64,000 bases of DNA from Candidatus Woesebacteria bacterium (GTDB taxonomy: Bacteria; Patescibacteriota; Microgenomatia; UBA8517): positions 10,479 through 74,478 of the forward strand of contig OY970314.1 in NCBI GenBank assembly GCA_963716475.1. The letters run 5' to 3'. Position numbers and translations under genes: made by a program. Positions 21,634-29,905 of this stretch are shown here, one piece after another. The stretch's first letter is position 1. Each line of letters begins with the position of its first letter. The notes under the pieces were generated by a model, which searched no databases, had not been told where the DNA came from, and saw only the letters and a program-made list of their open reading frames with translations.

Positions 21634-21669
21634 GGAATTGGATAGTGCGCACAATTCCACCACGGTCCA
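21634..21669 (+). repeat. Partial duplicate of the tRNA-Ala 3' end (T-arm-like hairpin plus acceptor 3' strand)
   Basis: 'caattccaccacggtcca' (21652-21669) repeats the tRNA's 'caattccgccacggtcca' (21593-21610) with one mismatch. 'ggaattg...caattcc' forms a T-arm-like stem. Confidence 0.45.
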
Positions 21670-21673
21670 CAGT

Positions 21674-23611
21674 TTACGGGGTGGTTGCCGGAGGAGTTGC
21701 TTCCTGTGGTAGGGTAATTGGGGGCTGGATAACTGTTTCCTGTTTTTGAGGAGTGGTCAAGTTTTGTGTACCGGTCGTAGTAGTGGTAGTAGCTGTTGTC
21801 GGCTTACTCTTCTCCAAGGCGTCAAGGGTGCTCTTTGCCAAAGTGTAATCAGGCGTATTCGGACTGACTAGGGTTAAAACGGTATTCATTTCGGTAATTG
21901 CGTTGTCATAGTCTTTCTTCTCTCTGTAGGCGATTGCCAAGTTATAATGGGCGTTAGCAAGATCCTGTTTAGTTAGTACTGCAAGTTTGAATGTATCAAT
22001 TGCATCGTCGTATCTTCCGAGTGAATAGTAAACTCCGCCTAATGAAACTCTTAAATTTGGATTAATCGGATCAAGAGCTATTGCTTGGGTGTAAGTCTGA
22101 ATTGCGAATTGATCCGACCCTTGTGCAAAAGGCATGATATTTGCATAAATCTGTGCCAGAAGCTCCCACGCCCCCGACCTTCCCGGGTTTAAAGAGACAG
22201 TTGCCTTGCCTTGATTTATCGCGTCACTAATCAACTGCGTAATATTTGTACGGTCCGTATCCGTTAAATTTTTATTTCCTGCAATAGAGGTGGCCAGAGC
22301 CATATCTATTTGAGCCAGTGAGGCATGGTATCTGTCCACGTAAGGATTTTGGGTCACAGCTGACGTCATAAAATTGTAGGTGTTTTTGGCATCGTTGTTG
22401 TTTAAAGCAACTAAAGACTTCTGGTAAGTGAGTTCGGCCGCTATGGCTTTTGTTCCGAATATTGCTAAAGCAATTATTCCGATAATAATAGGAGCGGCGA
22501 CGATGGCAGAGGGGACTCTCCCTGCCGCCAAGCTAACGGTTTTTTCCTCCGAGTGCGAGAAAACTGCCAAAAGAGCCATAAAAAGAAATATAAGCACAGG
22601 CGCGGAGGGGAAAATGGCGAAAAGAATAACCAGTAATGCGAGTGAAATTATTTCCCAGTTTTTCTGCCTAAGGCCATTTTTGACTGCCCTGTAAATACTG
22701 ATAAGAAGTACGGCAATGGCGGCCAGTCCGGCAAAGCCGGTTTCTGTTATTAACGTAAAGTAATAATTGTTTGCTATGGAAAACCTGGTCAGCCAAAGAA
22801 CAGTTTGATTATAACCAAGCGGCCTAAACAAGTTAAAAGCGGTAACATAATTATCCGGTCCGATTCCCCAAATCGGGGTTTGTTTCAAAGTATCAATAAG
22901 TACCTCCCATGAGGTTTGCAAACCGGGCAACACCAAGGATTGGGATTTACCGGGAAGAAGACTAAAGACAAGTATGGCGGCTCCCAGTACGACAACAGCA
23001 GAAGCAACGCCAAAAAATATCCTTTTTACCAAATCTTTCTCTTTAATTAATAAGACTATGCCGATAGGGAGGATGGTGGCGAGATATATTGCCCCCGGCA
23101 AGTTTCCGCCAATCGGATTAAAGGAAGAACTTTTCATAAAAGTTGGAAGTTGAGGGATTTTTGCGAAGAGTCCCAGCTCCGTAAACAGAACCGAAACGGA
23201 AACGAATATTCCCGAAGCAAATAAGGCAATTAGAATCAAATTTTTTGTTCCTTTATCGAACTGGTTAACCAAAAAATAGAACATGAAGGCCAGAATGACG
23301 AAAGTAACCGTACCGGGGATAAAAAACGCCTCCATTTTGTTTGGGGTTTTAATAATTGCCGAAAGAATATAGACAATCGCAATTAGCAGAACTCCCAAAT
23401 CAAATTTTCCTATAGAGAAAGCAGCTTCGCCTCTGATTACTGCACGCGCCGACCAAAGCAAAAGTACCAAGACTATAGCAACTGCTCCAAAGATTTCCTT
23501 AGGGACAAGATAGGAAGCGGAGAACCTCGGAAGAACAAAAACTGCAAAAAGGCCGGCTAAGACCATAAGGATGTATTTTTCCGAATTTCTGATGTGCCTG
23601 GTTATATCCAT
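21674..23611 (-). CDS. O-antigen-ligase/Wzy_C-like polytopic membrane protein with C-terminal TPR repeats and a T/P-rich tail
   Basis: About 12 TM segments. 'TPIWGIGPDNYVTAF' matches the O-antigen ligase family loop motif. C-terminal TPRs ('AHYNLAIAYREKKDYDNAITEMNTVL'). Tail 'KPTTATTTTTTGTQNLTTP'. Confidence 0.65.
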   Translation of the reverse strand: MDITRHIRNSEKYILMVLAGLFAVFVLPRFSASYLVPKEIFGAVAIVLVLLLWSARAVIRGEAAFSIGKFDLGVLLIAIVYILSAIIKTPNKMEAFFIPGTVTFVILAFMFYFLVNQFDKGTKNLILIALFASGIFVSVSVLFTELGLFAKIPQLPTFMKSSSFNPIGGNLPGAIYLATILPIGIVLLIKEKDLVKRIFFGVASAVVVLGAAILVFSLLPGKSQSLVLPGLQTSWEVLIDTLKQTPIWGIGPDNYVTAFNLFRPLGYNQTVLWLTRFSIANNYYFTLITETGFAGLAAIAVLLISIYRAVKNGLRQKNWEIISLALLVILFAIFPSAPVLIFLFMALLAVFSHSEEKTVSLAAGRVPSAIVAAPIIIGIIALAIFGTKAIAAELTYQKSLVALNNNDAKNTYNFMTSAVTQNPYVDRYHASLAQIDMALATSIAGNKNLTDTDRTNITQLISDAINQGKATVSLNPGRSGAWELLAQIYANIMPFAQGSDQFAIQTYTQAIALDPINPNLRVSLGGVYYSLGRYDDAIDTFKLAVLTKQDLANAHYNLAIAYREKKDYDNAITEMNTVLTLVSPNTPDYTLAKSTLDALEKSKPTTATTTTTTGTQNLTTPQKQETVIQPPITLPQEATPPATTP

Positions 23612-23740
23612 TTGAATACTATTTTTAGAGTATTTAGCATTTTGTATAAGTTGTCAATACCCTTTTAAGAACAAATTGTTTCTTTTCACACCATATTATT
23701 TCACAATATATATAAATATATAGTTAGATATATTATGACA

Positions 23741-26700
23741 TCATTTAAATATGAGACCTTTAAAAATTGCACCCTTGAGTTGGGAATTTATATTTGCCGG
23801 AGCACCAGAGGCGATTGTGGTAAAAGAGTAGGGGGAAGCCTGGGTAGAACTCCATGTACTACTTCCGCCGGGGTCTTTTGCATAGCTGTCCCAATAATAA
23901 GTCTTATTATTTTGAAGAGCTGATTGAACTGTATAAGTTGCTTGCGAATTGTCTGTGTAGTCTGTATAAGGACCCCCCGGTGGGTAATTTTGACCGGACC
24001 ATCCGGTTTGGTCACCTGTTTGATCAAAAGTCTGACAGTTGGTTGTCATTCCCGGGTTTTCGCAAAGAACAATTTTATATTTCATATAATCGCCGTCCGT
24101 GTCATGTGCAGTAGTCTTTAATGCAGGTGTTGTCGATTGACCCGAGGAGGTATCACCGGGCGAATCAAGTGACGGTATATTGGGGGCAGAGTTGGTACAT
24201 GTTGGATTCATAGTGATGGTATAGCCGTAATTATTTCCGTCGCCGGTTGAATAAGTGGCACAAATGGTTCCGGTGTTGTTGTGGGACCAGGATAGATCTA
24301 CATAGGTAACAGAAGTATTAGCCGGCGTAATATCCCATCTGCTACCTCCACTGGATTGAAGATATAGTTTATAGCTTCCGGTACCGTTCATCGTCCAAGT
24401 TCCGGTGACAGTTGTCGTCGAACCACTAGCGTATTGAATATATCTGATATTTGAATTTGATGCGGTCGATGCTGACAGGTTGTTGAAGGTGGAGTTTCCG
24501 CTTATTGCCTGTGTTGAACTGTCGGCACCGTTAAGAGTAATAGTACTGCCCCCCGAAGCGGTAAAAGTGCTTGAATTTGACCAGTTGCCGGAAACGCTAA
24601 AGCTTGATGTTGTTGTCGTTACTCCCGTAATCGAAACGTTAACAAAAGCTAAAGCATTGGAATTCGTAATTGTTCCTCCGGACAGGGTAATTGTCCCCGC
24701 ATTGGGGGAGAAAGTTCCTGTTACATTAAGATTAGCGGCGGTTGCGGTATTGGAATTGCCCGATATTGACCCGGATATTTTTAGAGTTCCGTATGTCAGA
24801 TTAGAAAGAATCTGGCCACTAGCGTTATAGTCGACGGTCAAATTGGTAAGAGTGTTGGTCGAGAATTTATATTGTGATGAGTAGTCGGCGGTGGCGGAAG
24901 TTCTGGTAACCATTACGGTTCCGTTTCCGGTTATTGTACCTGCCGGGGCTGACGTATTGATTATCACTGATGCTCCCGGTGTAAAAACTCCGCCGGAGTT
25001 AACTGTAAACGTTCCACTTACACCAAAGTTATTATTTCCGGCGACCGCCGCACTTGTGTCAACGGCAAGACCGGAAAAAGTTAGGGTACCTGAATTTCCT
25101 ATTGAGCTGCCGTTGGTGAAGGTTATGGTTCCTCCCGATGGGGAAAAATTACTACTTCCCCCGACCGAAATTGCAGTTCCGACATAGAATGATGAGCTTG
25201 TTGTAACGGTTGCAGAAGCGGCAATTGCCAGAGTCTTGAAAGCCAGAGAACCCGCAGTATTTGAATTGGTTATTGAACCTCCATTCATTGTTACCGTCCC
25301 GCCCCCCGGTGCGAAATTACCAGACGCTCCTACCGAAAGCGCATTTGCCACAGCGAACGCGACATTAGAAGTGTTTGTGCCGTTGAATGCCACTCCGTAA
25401 AAAGTAATAGTACCGGAGTTGGTAATTGAAGTGGTAACTCCGGAGTCAAAATAAATTGTTCCACCGGTTGGCTGGAGCGTTCCTGATGAAAGTGTTAGGC
25501 TGTGACTGATTGTATAGTTTGCGTTCGATTGAGAACCCGGGGTAGTAGAAATTGTCAGGTCATAGAAGTCCAGAGAAGCTGCGGTGTTATTGTTTGTTAT
25601 TGTCCAGCCGCTTCCACTTAAAGTAATATTTGAACTTGCAGAAGGTGCCATACTACCGCTTGCACCGATTGTTAAAGCTCCGCCCACACTGAAATTGGAG
25701 GAAGTTGTAACTGTACCGTTAATTGAAAGACCGGAGAATGCCAATGTTCCGGAATTGCTAAGTGCTCCTCCTGTTAGTGTTATTACTCCTCCTGATGGGG
25801 AAAGATTTCCGGAGGAGCCCACTGAAAGGTTGTGGCTCACGGAAAATGAAGAGCCTGTATTTACAGTTGCAGAATTAGCGACAGCCAAGTCGTAGAACGA
25901 TAAAGTTCCCGAACTGTTAGTTATAGTTGAGGCGTTATTAAAGGTCGCCGTTCCTGCCGACGCGGTGAAATTTGCGGAACTATTTACGGTTAGGGTGCCG
26001 TTGAAATTAAAGCTTACACTAGGGGCAACAGTTCCTCCGGTATTTGAATCTGTAATACTTCCGAATGTTGTGGTACTGCCTCCGTTTATTGCTTGTCCCG
26101 AAGCACCGTTAAAAGTAATTGTGCTTGTTCCTCCCGAAAAAGTAGAATTGTTGGTAAAGTTGCCTCCGATTGACATATTGTAATTGCTTCCTGAGGTTGA
26201 AAGTGTTCCGCTTGAGATTGTTAGGGTTGCTCCTACCGTTGTTATTCCCAGAAGTGTTTTTGTTGAAGCACCGGAAACTGTTAAGTTGGAGTAGGTGGGA
26301 GCGTTGGCCACATTTTGTGACGAGGTTGATGCGTATTCAACTGTGCTTCCCGAGGTTAATGTGATATTTGTATATGATGTCGGGAAAGTTGTTACGCCGG
26401 ATGCACCCAACTTTAAAGTTGCACCGGAAGCTACCGATAAAGTTCCCGTGCCATTTCCTGTAATTTGATAACCTCCATCGGCAAAGGTTCCTGCGGAGAC
26501 AGTAAGGTCAGCCCCAACAGATATTGTATTTCCCAGAGTTCCGGTATGGCCGGACATACTTATTTGAAGGGTATTAAATGTAATGGCTCCGGAGGTTAGA
26601 AAAAGATCGGCGGAAGTTTCGCTGAAGTTTACAGAGGAACCCCCAGCAGTAAATAATCCGTTATTTGTAAAAAGGGTTCCTGACGTACTGTTGATTGTTA

Positions 26701-29140
26701 CCGAAGAGTTATTGGCATAGAATTTTCCACCACCTTCAATATTAATAGTACCCGTTGTGAAGGATTGATCCGAACCGGTATCAAGAGAACCATAAGCCGA
26801 AGTTTCGGCTTTAAGATCTGTTAATCCTGTTACAATTGTTGTGCCACTAAGGGTAACCGTTAGTGTATTGCTACCGCCTGAGGTGGGATCAACAGTAAAG
26901 TTATTATTGACTGTAAAAGCTGCACCCATTGTATAGCCGAAAGAAGTCGATATTGATGGGGAGAGTGTAAGATTATAGAAAGCGTTTGAGCCGGTAAAAT
27001 TACTGGTGCCGCCCAGTATTGCCGTTGGTGCGGTGATTCCGGTAAATATCACGGTAGAGCTGGACCCGGCACTTATTGAACCGTTATTGGTTAGAATTGT
27101 TCCCGATGTTCCATCCAGTGTCAGAGATGACGAGCTTCCGAAAGTCAAAGTTCCTGTATTACTAATGGTAACTGTGGCAGCCGCTTGAGCCCCGTCTACG
27201 GTGACATTGTTTCCTGCAGATATAGTTGCGATATCGCCGGCGATGGGTTGTCCGTTTCCTCCCGAACAACCCGCAGTCCAAGTTCCCACAGCACTCCAGT
27301 TTGCCGAAGCTTGAGAAGAGCATGTTGGCGTACCTCCCCCGGTCGGTTGGAAAGTACCGATACTTACCCCCGCATCATAATTGCCGTAATTATCTTTCTG
27401 AAAAACCACATATGTGTAATCTTGGCTATTTGTTAGAGAGTTAGTTGTACAATCCGATTCGCTATCACCATCCACTCTGGAGACAACGGTACTTCCAGAT
27501 GAAGAAACGACACAGGCAACAGTTGCCCCTCCGTTAGTGCTTCCTTTTGTTGGGGTTGATCCCTCAGTTGGCACCTCAGCTCCCGCCGATCCGGATGTCC
27601 AACGATAAACGACTGACCCTGCTGTTGTGTTAAAATCACCACTACTGCTTGTTGTCCAATGAACGGTTACCTGTTGATTTCCCGCAGAACCACCGGTACT
27701 TGTGGCACCACTGGGAGGGGTGTTGTCCACCGTTATAGTGTCGCTATCCGTATCACTACCGGCGATACGATTGTTATTACCGGATGTAAAAGTTGAACTG
27801 ACGGTACCTGTAACCGCGTAAGTTCCTTGAGCCAGTGAATGATCCGTAGCAGTGAAAATAACTCTGTAGTAGGAAGCTGATGTGGTAACCGGTATTGAGG
27901 TACCTCCGCTAAAAACCCAGTTATCACCACTTGGGGATGATACTGTGGAAAAATATTGCTGTGACATCGCATTATTCCAGATCTCCACACTGGCAATTGC
28001 TGACGTATTTGCCGTCGTGACAGTAAGGCCGGTTACGCTATCAGTTGTGGTGTCGTTTGTAAAAGAAAACTGATCAAGATAATTATCGGTAGTTCCCGGC
28101 GCTACAGTTGGAGTGGAGGATGGATCTATTCCGTCGCCGAGAGTCGTTATAGCAGGAGTATAAATAACAACTATTATTCCTTGAATTCCGCTACCGCTAT
28201 TCGCAGTTGTACCGGCTTTTGCACCTCCACCGCCTCCACCGAAATTACCACCATTCCCTGCAGTAATCGTTGCGCCGTTACCCGAGTTTCCACCTCCGCC
28301 GCCTCCGGACCCATGGCTGCCGTCCCACTCTGTTCCGGGAGAACCGTTGTTTTGACCTGCGGCGCCTCCATTACCACCCACAGAATCATCACCCCTACCT
28401 CCGGCTGTGGTTACGTTATTGCTGGTTGTAGAATTGTCACCTCCGGGGTTTCCGTCTGCGGTACTACCACCAGCACCTCCGCCTCCCGAACCACCGGTTC
28501 CTGATGCGCCTGTTAAATTGCCCCCTCGGCCTCCGCTTGTACGTGTTTGTCCATAGCCGCTTGCTAAAGCGCCACCCGCACCACCATTTCTACTTCCAGA
28601 GCCGTTGACCCCCCCGGTTCCACCCTGTGCCCCGCATTTTGCATTATCAGTTCCGGCTCCGGGATCTGATGCTGCGTTCCAATAAGACACCCCACCGCTT
28701 GCCCCAGGAGTAGTATTGCCGGCCCCGGCTCCGCCAATACCAACACGGTACGTGGCTGTTGTTGTACCAGGGGATGCAAAAGAAAAATTGGTTATTTTAG
28801 AATACGCCCCTCCGCCGCCACCGGTTGAGTGATTACCGGCGGCACTTCCACCAGCTGCTCCACCACCCATGCATTCAACTGTATTATTAGAGTTATTCCA
28901 ATTAGAGGGTGAGGTAAAAGTCTGGTTGCTTCCTGTAGTTGTAAGGAAGGCAACACAAGTGCTTCCAACGGGGGAAAAAGGAGAGTTGCATATTGCAGCC
29001 TGTACATCATTAATTTTTGGTGGAAAAATTCCAAAGCTTGGAATTGAAACTGCCGGCCAGCCGGACAGAAGCCACGAGAATATCAAAGTTAGTATTAATA
29101 CCGGTTTTAAGACTTTCCTGATATTTTTAGTCTTTATCAT
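23741..29140 (-). CDS. Giant secreted Gly/Thr/Ser-rich beta-helical-repeat surface protein (1799 aa)
   Basis: Signal peptide 'VLKPVLILTLIFSWLLSGWPAVS'. N-terminal Gly-rich region ('GGGAAGGSAAGNHSTGGGGGA'). Long degenerate ~20-25-aa repeats ('TLSGGTITNSNALAFVNVSITG...'). The C-terminal ~130 aa are shared with the 1005-aa protein. Confidence 0.75.
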   Translation of the reverse strand: MIKTKNIRKVLKPVLILTLIFSWLLSGWPAVSIPSFGIFPPKINDVQAAICNSPFSPVGSTCVAFLTTTGSNQTFTSPSNWNNSNNTVECMGGGAAGGSAAGNHSTGGGGGAYSKITNFSFASPGTTTATYRVGIGGAGAGNTTPGASGGVSYWNAASDPGAGTDNAKCGAQGGTGGVNGSGSRNGGAGGALASGYGQTRTSGGRGGNLTGASGTGGSGGGGAGGSTADGNPGGDNSTTSNNVTTAGGRGDDSVGGNGGAAGQNNGSPGTEWDGSHGSGGGGGGNSGNGATITAGNGGNFGGGGGGAKAGTTANSGSGIQGIIVVIYTPAITTLGDGIDPSSTPTVAPGTTDNYLDQFSFTNDTTTDSVTGLTVTTANTSAIASVEIWNNAMSQQYFSTVSSPSGDNWVFSGGTSIPVTTSASYYRVIFTATDHSLAQGTYAVTGTVSSTFTSGNNNRIAGSDTDSDTITVDNTPPSGATSTGGSAGNQQVTVHWTTSSSGDFNTTAGSVVYRWTSGSAGAEVPTEGSTPTKGSTNGGATVACVVSSSGSTVVSRVDGDSESDCTTNSLTNSQDYTYVVFQKDNYGNYDAGVSIGTFQPTGGGTPTCSSQASANWSAVGTWTAGCSGGNGQPIAGDIATISAGNNVTVDGAQAAATVTISNTGTLTFGSSSSLTLDGTSGTILTNNGSISAGSSSTVIFTGITAPTAILGGTSNFTGSNAFYNLTLSPSISTSFGYTMGAAFTVNNNFTVDPTSGGSNTLTVTLSGTTIVTGLTDLKAETSAYGSLDTGSDQSFTTGTINIEGGGKFYANNSSVTINSTSGTLFTNNGLFTAGGSSVNFSETSADLFLTSGAITFNTLQISMSGHTGTLGNTISVGADLTVSAGTFADGGYQITGNGTGTLSVASGATLKLGASGVTTFPTSYTNITLTSGSTVEYASTSSQNVANAPTYSNLTVSGASTKTLLGITTVGATLTISSGTLSTSGSNYNMSIGGNFTNNSTFSGGTSTITFNGASGQAINGGSTTTFGSITDSNTGGTVAPSVSFNFNGTLTVNSSANFTASAGTATFNNASTITNSSGTLSFYDLAVANSATVNTGSSFSVSHNLSVGSSGNLSPSGGVITLTGGALSNSGTLAFSGLSINGTVTTSSNFSVGGALTIGASGSMAPSASSNITLSGSGWTITNNNTAASLDFYDLTISTTPGSQSNANYTISHSLTLSSGTLQPTGGTIYFDSGVTTSITNSGTITFYGVAFNGTNTSNVAFAVANALSVGASGNFAPGGGTVTMNGGSITNSNTAGSLAFKTLAIAASATVTTSSSFYVGTAISVGGSSNFSPSGGTITFTNGSSIGNSGTLTFSGLAVDTSAAVAGNNNFGVSGTFTVNSGGVFTPGASVIINTSAPAGTITGNGTVMVTRTSATADYSSQYKFSTNTLTNLTVDYNASGQILSNLTYGTLKISGSISGNSNTATAANLNVTGTFSPNAGTITLSGGTITNSNALAFVNVSITGVTTTTSSFSVSGNWSNSSTFTASGGSTITLNGADSSTQAISGNSTFNNLSASTASNSNIRYIQYASGSTTTVTGTWTMNGTGSYKLYLQSSGGSRWDITPANTSVTYVDLSWSHNNTGTICATYSTGDGNNYGYTITMNPTCTNSAPNIPSLDSPGDTSSGQSTTPALKTTAHDTDGDYMKYKIVLCENPGMTTNCQTFDQTGDQTGWSGQNYPPGGPYTDYTDNSQATYTVQSALQNNKTYYWDSYAKDPGGSSTWSSTQASPYSFTTIASGAPANINSQLKGAIFKGLIFK

Positions 29141-29144
29141 TTGT

Positions 29145-29895
29145 TTATTTTGCTACCACAATTTGCCACTCATTGTTATTTCCCAATTTATAAACCGCCG
29201 GTACTGTTTTCGGGGTAGAGTATTCATAGATTAGTTCTTTAGTTTCCCCAGCTTTCAAATTTACCTGCCAGGAAATTATTTTTCCTTCCTCACCTTTGTC
29301 AGTAACCTTGGCAGGTCCCTGCCAGGGGATAGTAAATCCTGCCGGGACGGTGTCGGAAATTTCTCCCTGAAAATCTTTTGATGCCTTAACAATAAAACGG
29401 ACGGGATATCTTTCAGACCAAACCCGGATTAATTCTGGTTGCGGCTTCCCTGACTATATCAAGATCTCTTTTATCAACTACCTTAAATGTATTATTGGTT
29501 AAGTTTTTGGTGTCCAAATTTGTTAACTTAAGTTTGTAGGTTCCTGTTTTTTGAGGAACAAACTTGAAGAAATAGTCCGGATTGTTAGTCACATTATCTC
29601 CGCAAGTAGAAGATTTTTTGATATCTTTCATTTTTGTACCGTTTATTTTTAGTTCCAAATTAGCATCACAAAGAGTATTTCCATTTGGATCAAGCACCCC
29701 CATTTGGATGGTTGCAGTTTCGCCGGGTAAATACTCCGTCCTATCGCTGTTTACGGCCAGGATGCCTTTCGATAAATTATTATTTGCTATGTTATTTTTA
29801 GTCAAAATAATGTACACAAAAACACCCCCGAGCAAAAGTAATATGGCTTTTGTGATTAATATCTTTTTATTTATTTTTATTTTTTTGTTGCTCAT
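29145..29895 (-). pseudogene. Frameshifted paralogue of the N-terminal Ig-like domains of the adjacent 1005-aa protein
   Basis: The 160-aa ORF (29413-29895) is homologous to residues ~150-260 of the 1005-aa protein ('CGDNVTNNPDYFFKF..TGTYKLKLTNLD' vs 'CGADNVTDSPDYYSYY..GIYRMKLTNLD'; 'ATRINP'). The homology continues in another frame down to the TAA at 29145 ('ISDTVPAGFTIPWQ...WQVNLKAGETKELIYEYSTPKTVPAVYKLG' vs 'IKEEVPQSFQI...WDTVLKAGVAKTFSYTYQAPNITPQIFLLG'). The frameshift lies near 29410-29435. Confidence 0.5.
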
Positions 29896-29905
29896 TTTAA
29901 AATAA

